A DNA stretch of 64,000 bases. It comes from an uncultured archaeon. Lineage in GTDB: Archaea > Aenigmatarchaeota > Aenigmatarchaeia > QMZP01 > JAFGSV01. The stretch is from positions 75,287-139,286 of the forward strand of contig CAZLFZ010000001.1 in assembly GCA_964559215.1 (NCBI GenBank). The letters are read 5' to 3'. Shown one piece after another: positions 47,347 to 57,100 of the stretch. Numbering within the stretch: the first letter of the stretch is position 1; each line of letters opens with the position of its first letter. The position numbers and the translations under genes are program-made. The notes beneath the pieces were generated by a model. It did no database searches. It saw only the letters and a program-made list of their open reading frames with translations, and was not told the origin of the DNA.

Positions 47347-49407
47347 TCACGTGTCATCCTCTATTTTTCTGGCCCTTCTCTTTGCCTCTTCCCTCTCCTT
47401 TTCCATAATCTCTCTGGCCCTTTCCCGCGCCTGTCTGGTTTGCTCATCGGCTATTTCCCTCGCCTGGCGAACAGACCCCTCAAATTCCTTGAAGCTCCCT
47501 ATCGGCTTTTTCTTCCCCTCCAGATAGGGAAGGTCGCCCAGGCCAAAGGCCCCCTGCTTCCTTAATTCCTCCAAATCACCACCAGCTTCTATGAATTCTT
47601 TAACCTCAGAATACCCACCGAAATACACCCAGTCCTTGACAAAGCCCCCCGGCTTTTTGCTATCTCTCAGGCCCCTCTTCGCCCTGAATGTAGCCATCCA
47701 ACATTCCTCATCCGATATCCCATATGACTTGAGCTTTACGAAAAGGTCGTGAAACCCCATTTTCAAGGCATAATGTGTGGCGATGACCCTCAGGGCATAG
47801 GCAAATTCAGGCTCTTTAGTCTCTCCCCCTGCCTGTGCATGCAGTGCCCCGCCTTCCTCCGTGGGCCAGTAACCGGAAGTTCCGTAGCGCAGAGTGCCGT
47901 AACCCCTTTCCGCCCCCCTGGCGCTCCTCTCTACATGCCACCCGACTTCGTGCCTGACAAGCCCCTCCGTGTATTTCTCTAAGGGGACATTCAAGACCTT
48001 TTTTCTTGGAACCTCTACCATCTTCTCGGAGAAATGAACCCTGGTTATGGGCGTCTCTGTTATCTCGACCTTCCACCCCTTTATGCCCCTTTCATGCATG
48101 TATTCTTCCATTCTTTTTTTGACAAATTCGGGGTTATACGGATAGGTCTTTCCACTCCCGCCCATTTCGGATTCCGCGTGTTTTTTACAAACCCCTTCCG
48201 CTTTTTTCACAGTCCCAGAATTTGGAAGCCCATAAACCCGAATGGAATATTTCGTTATCGCGGGGGTTCCTATCAGCCTTAAAAATTTCAACTTGCTCAT
48301 GAGGTCTATCCTCTTCTTCTCGATAATCCTCCCCCACGGGCTCTCCTTATAATCAATGCGCAGGTCCCTCAAGGACCTCATTATTTCTCCGGTCTCCCTC
48401 ATCACATCCTTCTCGACGAATTTAAGGCCCTCGTACTCAAACCTCGGATTATAGACCTCGCCCTTCATTAATGCCTCAAAGAATTTCCCCTTTTCCTCGT
48501 TCAGATTTGTCGGCGTTAAAAATATGTAAAGATTGTTTATGTCATATTTCTCGATTATTTCGGTAAGCTTTTCGTCCACCCCCCTCAGAACCGCATCGCT
48601 TTCAGGCAACCCCGGCCCGACACCGCCCATTTTACCTGCAATATCCCTGGCCCTTCTCTCTGCCACTTCCCCCTCTTTTTTCACAATCTCTCTGGCCCTT
48701 TCCCTTGCCTGTCTGGTTTCTTCTTCAGCTATTTTCCTCGCCCGTTTCTCAGCCTCCGATTTCCCGGCGTCAGCCAACTCCTGCTTCCTCGATAGCGCTT
48801 TTAACCCTCTTTTTTGCTGTATGCTGCCCATCGGCCCGACCTCCCAGTGCCTGTGATACACCATTCTACCATGCCCTGGGAATACGAGGGCTTCCCCCCT
48901 CCCATGCTTTTTCGCTTCTTCTGCGCTTTCCATCAGTTCGTGTGTCTTCGCCAGCTTGCCCTTTTTGTACAGATTCTCTGCTTGGCTTTTGCTTATGCCG
49001 TCAGGATTCTGTTGTGAGAACCCCCGCGGTCCCCAGTACCGCACCATAGACCAGGCACCCGGAATGGCACTTGACTCAACAACAAGCTTTCCTGGGTCTT
49101 TGATAACAATCTCTTCAAGCACACCCTTCTTCGCCAGGTTGCTTGCCCTGACCCATATGTTAACAGCTTTTCTGAGCGGTATATCATCCATTACCGCTTC
49201 CTTAACGCTGGGATTCGCCTCTACTACGTCCTTTAAGCGCTCACTGGTTTCAGAACTCAAGGCATTTGATAATTTTTTCAGCTTGCCAAATTCAAAATAA
49301 TCTTCGGTGCGCACCGGGCATAGGGGATTGCTGCACTTGTAAAGTTCCCCTCCCGACTCGAATTTTCTGGCTTCCAGTTCATCATTGCAGTACGGACATT
49401 TTGGCAT
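47347..49407 (-). CDS. Zn-ribbon plus DUF1704/MATCAP-like gluzincin metallopeptidase
   Basis: N-terminal CPYC...CSNPLC; YNPRFEY; HEVGWH (HExxxH); TEEGGA; RAKRG; F.KD.VY..GY. Confidence 0.75.
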   Translation of the reverse strand: MPKCPYCNDELEARKFESGGELYKCSNPLCPVRTEDYFEFGKLKKLSNALSSETSERLKDVVEANPSVKEAVMDDIPLRKAVNIWVRASNLAKKGVLEEIVIKDPGKLVVESSAIPGAWSMVRYWGPRGFSQQNPDGISKSQAENLYKKGKLAKTHELMESAEEAKKHGRGEALVFPGHGRMVYHRHWEVGPMGSIQQKRGLKALSRKQELADAGKSEAEKRARKIAEEETRQARERAREIVKKEGEVAERRARDIAGKMGGVGPGLPESDAVLRGVDEKLTEIIEKYDINNLYIFLTPTNLNEEKGKFFEALMKGEVYNPRFEYEGLKFVEKDVMRETGEIMRSLRDLRIDYKESPWGRIIEKKRIDLMSKLKFLRLIGTPAITKYSIRVYGLPNSGTVKKAEGVCKKHAESEMGGSGKTYPYNPEFVKKRMEEYMHERGIKGWKVEITETPITRVHFSEKMVEVPRKKVLNVPLEKYTEGLVRHEVGWHVERSARGAERGYGTLRYGTSGYWPTEEGGALHAQAGGETKEPEFAYALRVIATHYALKMGFHDLFVKLKSYGISDEECWMATFRAKRGLRDSKKPGGFVKDWVYFGGYSEVKEFIEAGGDLEELRKQGAFGLGDLPYLEGKKKPIGSFKEFEGSVRQAREIADEQTRQARERAREIMEKEREEAKRRARKIEDDT
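47369..48743. repeat. Dispersed ~96-nt duplication (47369-47464 and 48647-48743, offset 1278 nt) encoding a charged helix
   Basis: AREIADEQTRQARERAREIMEKEREEAKRRAR versus ARKIAEEETRQARERAREIVKKEGEVAERRAR; shared DNA words such as ATCTCTCTGGCCCTTTCCC. Confidence 0.8.
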
Positions 49408-49464
49408 ATACTTATATTGGTTTTTCGTTCTATTAAATAAAATTAATAATTTAACTACCAGTTA

Positions 49465-49839
49465 ATGAAAAAATTTATAAAACCATATCCGCATTATCTT
49501 ACTATGCATCAAAAACTCAAAAGATACGCCACCAGTTTGGGAAACGCCTTCAGAAACGCGTATAGCGGCGGAATAGACCTGGGCAAGCTTTATGAATTTG
49601 GCGAGAATATAAGCACCCAGTTAGCCGCTGATGTAGTTAAACACAGGATTAGCGAAGATGACGAAGGATATGACCTGCTTACCTGGGCGACAGGCATCAC
49701 CCACCAGCTACATGACGCAGGTGCTAGGCAGCACTTCATGGAAAATCCACAAGAGCTTGACGAATACTCGAAAATGCTGCTGGGTGAGAAAGAGCCAGTT
49801 TTTTCGTTCGGATCAGACACGGTTAATACACAAAAATGA
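49465..49839 (+). CDS. Hypothetical protein
   Basis: 124 aa ORF after an AT-rich divergent intergenic region. Confidence 0.55.
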   Translation: MKKFIKPYPHYLTMHQKLKRYATSLGNAFRNAYSGGIDLGKLYEFGENISTQLAADVVKHRISEDDEGYDLLTWATGITHQLHDAGARQHFMENPQELDEYSKMLLGEKEPVFSFGSDTVNTQK

Positions 49840-49880
49840 TGTAAAACCAAATTAAATTAGTTAACGACCTATAAGTTCAT

Positions 49881-50870
49881 ATGCAACTACCTTTTCGAAA
49901 ACCCTCCCAACCATCATGCAGGGAATATTATGGATGCAAATGCATAGATGACCCGAAAACGATTAGGAAGCACGTCTTCATCGAGTTGACGTCCAAATGC
50001 AACTTCAGCTGCGATTACTGTGTTTACAGACATTCAAAAAGAAAAAAGGATTTTATAAGCCTACCCTTTCTCGAAAAAATCCTACTAGACCTGAAAAAGC
50101 TGAAACCAATAGATTATGTCATGTTCTCTGCATTCGGGGAACCTATGTTACATCCACAATTTAGTGAAGCCTGCAGGTTAGTGAAAAAATACGGTTACCA
50201 TTTAATCGTTACCACCAACGGTAGCCTGTTAAATGAAGAAACGAAGAATTTGCCAATAGACGAGTTATACATCCGCCTGGAAACTGTAACGAAAAGGTCC
50301 TTCAGGTTGAGAAACGCCGGAAATTTGAAATTAGGAGATTATCTAAATAAGGTTTGCGATTTTGCAAAAGAGGTTCCTTTCAAAACCACATTATATTTTT
50401 TGAAAGAAAACAGAAAAGCGTTCCCGAATTACAAGGATTTCATCAGCACGAAAGATAAGAAGAAATCAATAAAATTATTAGAAAATATCGGAAAGAAGAT
50501 AAACCCGGATTTTAAGGTTTTTTTAGATAATTTTGATTTCTTCCCCAATTCAATACATATTTCGCCTAATGTGAAGTTTTACTTCAAGAATCTGGTTGCA
50601 AGGCCCCATTGCTGGATCCCCGAGCATTTAAACTTGATAGAATCCGAATCGGTTCCGGATTGCGGTTACTACAAGCACCACATAAATATCCTGAGCAATG
50701 GAGAAGTGACCGTTTGTTGCACGGATTATGATGGAAGTATGAGCCTTGGCAACGCAAGGCTTGAAAGCCTGAAAAAAATTTATGGCAGGAATAAAAGAGA
50801 CATAAATCTGGCTGTATTTCCAATATGCAGAAAATGTAGAGGGACGCTCATTCCAAAACAAAAAAGCTGA
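49881..50870 (+). CDS. Radical SAM protein with SPASM/twitch-like C-terminus
   Basis: CNFSCDYC, FGEPMLHP, TTNGSLL, CGYY...ILSNGEVTVCCTDY and CRKC. Confidence 0.88.
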   Translation: MQLPFRKPSQPSCREYYGCKCIDDPKTIRKHVFIELTSKCNFSCDYCVYRHSKRKKDFISLPFLEKILLDLKKLKPIDYVMFSAFGEPMLHPQFSEACRLVKKYGYHLIVTTNGSLLNEETKNLPIDELYIRLETVTKRSFRLRNAGNLKLGDYLNKVCDFAKEVPFKTTLYFLKENRKAFPNYKDFISTKDKKKSIKLLENIGKKINPDFKVFLDNFDFFPNSIHISPNVKFYFKNLVARPHCWIPEHLNLIESESVPDCGYYKHHINILSNGEVTVCCTDYDGSMSLGNARLESLKKIYGRNKRDINLAVFPICRKCRGTLIPKQKS

Positions 50871-50877
50871 ATTTGAC

Positions 50878-51996
50878 TCAGGCAACTTCCACGCTGACGT
50901 CACCGATGTCAAACGTCCCAGTTCCGCTGATTTCGAGCCAGTTGGTGTCGATATCCAGCAGATCAGCGCTGAAGGGAATCCTGTTCCAGCCAGGCTTTGC
51001 ATCAACGGATCCCGCACTCTGTTCGTTGAGCTTTATTTGCAGCCTACCTGGTCTTTCCACATCTTCCACGTACATCCGGACCACGCTGCCTTTCGCTTTC
51101 AACGAGTTCAGCTGAGACTCGGTCAGCTCGAAGCGCTCGCGCATTACCCTCTGGTTCTTGCTAACGTACGTCTTCAGTATCACGTCCTGCAACTCGAACG
51201 AGCCATCCACAGCCAGGAAGGTCAGCCTGTTGTCACCGGGGATAATCGAAGCCGTTTGCAGGCCGGTGTCCGTGAACTCGACGCTGTCCTGCCTCTCAGG
51301 CTCTGCACTGTAGATTCCTTCGCCGTTCACCTTTACTACGAGGGTACCTAACCTGCTTGCCGTGAACCAGCTCAGATCGAACCTGTCAAGGGACTCCAGC
51401 TCGTCCTGCGAAACAGCGAAATCCAGGAACTTCGCAGGGCCGTATTCAGCGTTCATCTTGAAGTCCCTTATGTTGTAAATGGTCGCCGCCCAAAACATGA
51501 CGCCAGGCCCCTGGGCAGCTATTTCCATGCCGTTTTCTTCTTTTATCTGGGAAGGCAGAACGGTAACGGTATGCTTGCCCGTGTCTGCCATCTCGTTGTA
51601 CAACTCTGCGCCGTTCCATGTTATGACGAGGTTGCCGTACTGGTTCGTGTCATCGACGGTGAAGGTGATCTCCCCGCTCTTGAGCCATTCAAGAATGTGC
51701 GAGGGAACAAGTACGGTGAAGCGCTCGCTGCTCAATCCGAACAGGCCAGCTGTTATTTCCATCCTGGGAACGGATTTCAGATTTTCTAGCTGCGGCAGGC
51801 CCACGCCGAATGAGCCGAAATCCTGCACCCTTGACACGTAGTTCTCTGAGTACCCTATCGTGCCCGCGCTGAATTCGTGAATCACCCTGATGTCTGCGGG
51901 AACGCCCTCCGGATAGTAAGGGAAATAAGCGGAAACTGCTAGGAGAATGATAAGAACAACGGCAATTATTATCAGCGACCCTATGAACGTGTCCAT
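50878..51996 (-). CDS. Membrane-anchored beta-rich surface protein of unknown function
   Basis: Single N-terminal TM helix; 372 aa. Confidence 0.7.
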   Translation of the reverse strand: MDTFIGSLIIIAVVLIILLAVSAYFPYYPEGVPADIRVIHEFSAGTIGYSENYVSRVQDFGSFGVGLPQLENLKSVPRMEITAGLFGLSSERFTVLVPSHILEWLKSGEITFTVDDTNQYGNLVITWNGAELYNEMADTGKHTVTVLPSQIKEENGMEIAAQGPGVMFWAATIYNIRDFKMNAEYGPAKFLDFAVSQDELESLDRFDLSWFTASRLGTLVVKVNGEGIYSAEPERQDSVEFTDTGLQTASIIPGDNRLTFLAVDGSFELQDVILKTYVSKNQRVMRERFELTESQLNSLKAKGSVVRMYVEDVERPGRLQIKLNEQSAGSVDAKPGWNRIPFSADLLDIDTNWLEISGTGTFDIGDVSVEVA

Positions 51997-52155
51997 ATTA
52001 ATTATTCAACCCCAAATCTATTAAAATTAATACCCTCTATTGGCAGCCAGGATAAAAGGATACGAATAGTAAAAAAGGCCGATTTAGACATTCCCTAGCA
52101 AAACAATGTTGTAAGTTACATCTTACCAGGAGGTGAAAGTAAATCAGGCAGCTGA

Positions 52156-52701
52156 TTATTTCTTAGATTTTAACACGCCTATTAGAGTTTTGATTAATTT
52201 TGCATTGTTTTCGTTAGATTGCTTCACTTCCTTCCCCAGTTCTTTCATTTCTTTGGAGATTTCACCATATTTTTCAGCCATTTGATTAAAATTTTCCCCT
52301 GTACTCTCTCTGAGTTCGATACCAGCCAATGCTATAATTTCCGATCTCTCAAGACTCTGGGCCTCGAATCCCGGGTTTATTTTTTCAGCATCGGTATAGT
52401 CTATGTAGAATTGAGATCTAAACTTTTTTTGAGGAGGTTTCTCGAAACCATTGTAAAATACCTTAACTTTTGCATTAATCTTAAACCATCCATGCGTAGT
52501 TCTAATCTTCAGTTCTTTCCTTAGTTTTTCTAGCACGGCTTTATTTCCTTGACAAAACGCTTCAACCCTTCCATTCTCCAGGTTTTTCACAAACCCCTTT
52601 ATGCCTAAATTTTGAGCAGATTGTTTAACAAATGCTCTATACCCAACACCCTGCACATTACCAGAAATAACAAATCTAGCCGTAACCAGACCTTTGTCCA
52701 T
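52156..52701 (-). CDS. acyP: Acylphosphatase with C-terminal coiled-coil extension
   Basis: [23 protein letters not shown]; likely start MDKG at 52701. Confidence 0.8.
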   Translation of the reverse strand: MDKGLVTARFVISGNVQGVGYRAFVKQSAQNLGIKGFVKNLENGRVEAFCQGNKAVLEKLRKELKIRTTHGWFKINAKVKVFYNGFEKPPQKKFRSQFYIDYTDAEKINPGFEAQSLERSEIIALAGIELRESTGENFNQMAEKYGEISKEMKELGKEVKQSNENNAKLIKTLIGVLKSKK

Positions 52702-52721
52702 AGCTTTATTTTTAGCCACAA

Positions 52722-54101
52722 TCAGACACCAAGACCTTCCCAGCTCGCTCCGCCTTCCACCATGGTCTTCTTGTAGATGATGAATATCATCAGCACGATG
52801 ACAACCACGACGATTCCGATGACTGCCCACAAGAATATGTTTGGTCCAGGTGCTGGTTCGGGACCGATTGGAATCTCATCGCCGCCAGCTGGAGCGGCAC
52901 CAGTCACTGATCTCAGCTCTTCCCAGTCCTCAAGGCTTGCGCCTCCGCCTGCGTCATATTCCGCGATGAAGCCATCCTGGTCCAGCTTTGAGGCGTCTGC
53001 AACCATTTCGTCAACGGTCAGCCAGGCATCCGCTGACCTCTTGGTGCCGTCAGCTCCCGTGACCACGGCCGACAATTTGTAGGTTTTCCTGTCGGTCGTC
53101 GTCGGCCTGACAGTGAACGTTATGCTCTTGCTCTCCCCCTTGGCGAGATACACCGAATAAGGGCTGAAATCGGACTCGAGGCCGACCTCAAGCGAGACAG
53201 AGGCGGTCAGTTGCTGGCTGTCGCCATAATTCTGGAATTTCAATACATACATGGTGCTCTGCTGGCCGATTATGCTCTTTGTTTCAGGGGTAAGCCAGGC
53301 ATAGAAGCCTGCCTGAGGCTTTTCAGCAGCTTTTCTGACATGCAAGACACCCCTGACGGCCTTCTGGCAGTCTGCTATGTTGCACCCCTGGACTGAAACC
53401 ATGACGATGAAATCGTAATCCCCGGCCGTGCTGGGCGCAGCAATCTGCAGCGGGACCTGCTGCTGGCCGGCTCCCGCTTCAACGCTCGTCTTGCTGGCCG
53501 TTATCCGCATAGCTTCGGTGCCCTTGGCTATTTCGAGCGTCAGGGGCAGGCTCGAGTCCAGAACCAGCGTGTAAGTCACGATTTCCCCTGGGTCGGCATA
53601 CCGCTCCGGCTGGGCGAGGGCGGCGCTGAAGATGTCCGTATGCCCTCCCATTCTGTCGCAGGCGTTTCCTGTGGCTTCGCCTTCGACAACATCCACGTCT
53701 TCATATTTGCTTACGCAGACGCCGTAATCGTAGGTCAGATTGCCGGAGCTCGGCGTTGATAGCGTGACGTGTATGTTCGCCTGATCTTCCACTTTCCTGC
53801 CTTTAGCGCTGAAGCAGATGGGCACTACTATGATATTGTCGGGACCCGCCACGAAGGAGGTGAAGTGATTGTCGATCCAGCCGCCGCCGGTAACCGGTTC
53901 CTTGGCCGTCAGGGTATATTCCCCCCTGCCGTGCTGGCCGAATACGATGGTCGTGCACAACTCCTTATCCGGCTTAACGGAAAAGTACGTCGCCGCCTGG
54001 ACACCGGCAAACAGCAATGACAGGGATACAAGCAGGGCTGTGAAAATCAGGAAAACCCCGTTTTTGACTGCAAACTTGTTTCTTTTTTTGCTTTCCATCA
54101 T
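52722..54101 (-). CDS. Secreted protein with C-terminal TM anchor (paralog of 61903-63234)
   Basis: Signal peptide, GRGEYTLT...GGGW.D, C-terminal TM plus YKKTMV tail. Confidence 0.8.
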   Translation of the reverse strand: MMESKKRNKFAVKNGVFLIFTALLVSLSLLFAGVQAATYFSVKPDKELCTTIVFGQHGRGEYTLTAKEPVTGGGWIDNHFTSFVAGPDNIIVVPICFSAKGRKVEDQANIHVTLSTPSSGNLTYDYGVCVSKYEDVDVVEGEATGNACDRMGGHTDIFSAALAQPERYADPGEIVTYTLVLDSSLPLTLEIAKGTEAMRITASKTSVEAGAGQQQVPLQIAAPSTAGDYDFIVMVSVQGCNIADCQKAVRGVLHVRKAAEKPQAGFYAWLTPETKSIIGQQSTMYVLKFQNYGDSQQLTASVSLEVGLESDFSPYSVYLAKGESKSITFTVRPTTTDRKTYKLSAVVTGADGTKRSADAWLTVDEMVADASKLDQDGFIAEYDAGGGASLEDWEELRSVTGAAPAGGDEIPIGPEPAPGPNIFLWAVIGIVVVVIVLMIFIIYKKTMVEGGASWEGLGV

Positions 54102-54118
54102 ATCACATTTATTAACCT

Positions 54119-57100
54119 TTAAGCCACCATTCCAGCCTCATATGAGCATGCGTAGTCCAGGCAGGACAAGGCTTTATGACCATAGTCGTCCTCTTCGCCA
54201 CAATCGTCTATAGTGCAACAGTTTATTCCACCGAAGATGCATTTACCAAAACAGCAGTTTCCTACGTCACCAACAAAGACATATTCCATACCTTTCCTTG
54301 GCCCTATGAACAGCCTTTCTTTCTCAGTCGCCCTGCAGTCGCTCAGATTAGGCTGACCGTCGCAGCGGTTACATGGGCTGTCCTCGGTATAGGTATAGCA
54401 TATATCATTCACATATTCGTGACTTCTGACTGACTCCCCTGTTGGTTTATAAGGGTCGGTGGCGGTTCCTTTGCCAGTATACGCAGCTGGCTCCGCATAA
54501 CTACCACTAGCCTGGGAATTAAATCCGAATTGATAAAAACAACTGCTTCTCCTTTCATCGCATGGTTTCCATCTAACAGTGATCGTACCTTCAAGTACTG
54601 CGCCTTTGCATTGAGCCTCTTTGTCAGCAGCAGTTTCACCCGACACATATTGTGTGCACGCCAGCGCTATCAGATTGTCTCCTTCTCCCCGATATCCGGC
54701 ATAAGGATCGCTGCAATCCAGGCCGTAACCATCAGACCTGACTGTGCATTTAATTTGCCCGCTGCTTTGAGCAAGCCTGAAAGTCCTAGTTGGAGACTGT
54801 TTTCCTATAATTCCCTTTGCAGTAATCCACCAATTCTCAAATGTGATGTAAATTTGCCCGTATTCCCCCCGCCCTCCGTACGATGGGTAGTCGTAGGTAA
54901 TCGTTAATGGATCTCCGCGTCCCAAGGTTGCTGGAGGTCTTGGACTGGTACTAACACCCGTGTCACTCCAGCCCGTGGATGCGCCAAGATTATACGAGAA
55001 CTGGGCCCACCTCTCCATCAGCCTTGCTGTGTCGCCCTCAAGCTGCTGATGGCATGCCGCCAGCTGCCTGTAGTAATCCGCTATTCTGCGGGACCTGTCA
55101 TATCCCGTTTCCCCCTTTCTAAGCCTTGTCGACAGCTGCGATTCCGCCTGCATCATGCACGCCTCGTAGTTAAGCGTCACGCTTCTGAGATTGTTTATCA
55201 TCATCAGCAACTGCAGAGCCATGCTCAACAGGTTGCATATCTTTGCTACCGGCTCTAGGGCGCTTCGTCCCTTAAAATACATAATAAGCCCACATATTAC
55301 CGTTGCAGCTATTACCGCGGTCTTGAAGCTGTCCTCGCAGTCAAGCATCTCGCCCATGACCCAGGCGAACCCTAGCCCTGCTATCAGTCCGACCACTCCA
55401 GCACCAGTTTTCCCCATGCCACTCGTGGCGCTCATCAGCTGGGTAAAGATTTCCATCGGAAGGCCGGTACCAGTCTGGGCTGTCACGCTGGGCAGTATAG
55501 CATTTACAACAAAGGACGGGGCAGGAGACGCCTTCTCTGTAGGGGTGTATGGCACATATTCAAATTTAGGGGTGGTACTCAACTCATCCCAACCTTTACG
55601 ACCGAAATCATCAGGAACCACGATAATAGTCGGTTTTTCAGGTGTCGTAGGTGGTTTCTCCTTTACAGCAGCCATCAGGGAGCAGACGGTGCATATCGCA
55701 AGAATGGTGACGATAGAGCAAACAATCCTGTTCGCCTTTTCCATGGCTTTCTTTGCATCCTTAAGAGCCTTTTCAAGCTCCAGCAGATCCTCGTGCTTGA
55801 CCTCGTTGACCGTGACCCTGACATCGTTTACGCTGGTTACCTTTATTACCTTCTCGTACTCGCCTGTGTGGCTAGGAACCTGAATAGTGAGGGTGGCGTC
55901 TTTTATCTGGTGCTGGCTTACATGCTTGTCGCCTGAGAAGGCTGATATGACATAAGAGCCGTCAGGGTTGAGTATGACGTATAGGTTCCAGCCGTCAGCT
56001 ATGTCCTCGCCCGAAGAAATGGCGTCGGAGAAGGCTTCTTCACCGTTCCAGACATAGGACGTGGAAATTACACTCGCCATCCAGGGCTTGTGGCTCAGGT
56101 GGGCCCTCAGCTTCACCGGGTCCTGGAAAACGCACTGGTATGTCAAAACCTTGTAGGTGTCCATGTCCCATGGGGCGAGCTGGCAGTTTGTCGTCAGGGC
56201 GGCCGGCTCTATTGTCATGGTTATCTCGCTTTCCGAGTAGCAGGTGCCTTCAACGGTACATACGTCTTGCTTGTTGGCGCACCCGCAGTCCTGGCAGCAG
56301 TTGTCTTGTGTTTCGCCTAGGCTCTTGTCGCATTTGCCGTTCCCGCAGTTCGGCAGGCCTGCTGTGCCGACGTTGACAGTGAAGTCGTCGCTGACCTCTT
56401 GCTGGAATATCTGCCCCCTGTAGTCGCTGTACGTGATCCTAGCGGAAATGTCTAGGCTGTGGCTGCCCTCTTCTGCGCAGGCAGGAAAGAAATAAACAGG
56501 GATTTCGCACCTGTAGGAGCTTGACTGCAGCCCCCCGTACATCAGGGGCTCGCACGTGAAGTACTGCTCGGTGAATGTGTTCCCGGCATATTCCATGAAC
56601 CACTCTATGTAATGCGTGTCGTAAGGCATGTTGTCTATATGGACCGTCACAACGATGTTGTTTTCGGGGTCGTCCTTCACGGAGCAGTCCAGCGCATCGG
56701 GGCTGACATCATCAACTATCAATGAAATCTGGTCAGGGTCAACACAGACTATCTCTTTCGTGCACACCCTGCCGCCGCTGCACCCCGCGTCAGGGCAGCA
56801 CTGGTCTATTATCTCACCGAGCTCGGGGTCCTGAAAGCCGTCAGGAACACACTGCCTCTCCCTGGGTATTTCAACTGAAAACGATACAGGCTTGATTATC
56901 CTCTTGGTAATCCTGTTCCCGCTCTTGTCCTGCCATGTTATGGTGGTCTCGAAATTCGGTGTGTAGGAGCCGGCCGACCAGCAGAACGGATTGAAGTCCG
57001 AGACAGGGATCGAGCATCTCCATGCATAAACGCTGTACTCCGTGCTATTCACCACTGGCTCGCATATCCCTCCCATCTCCTCGATTCTGCTGTCATCCAG

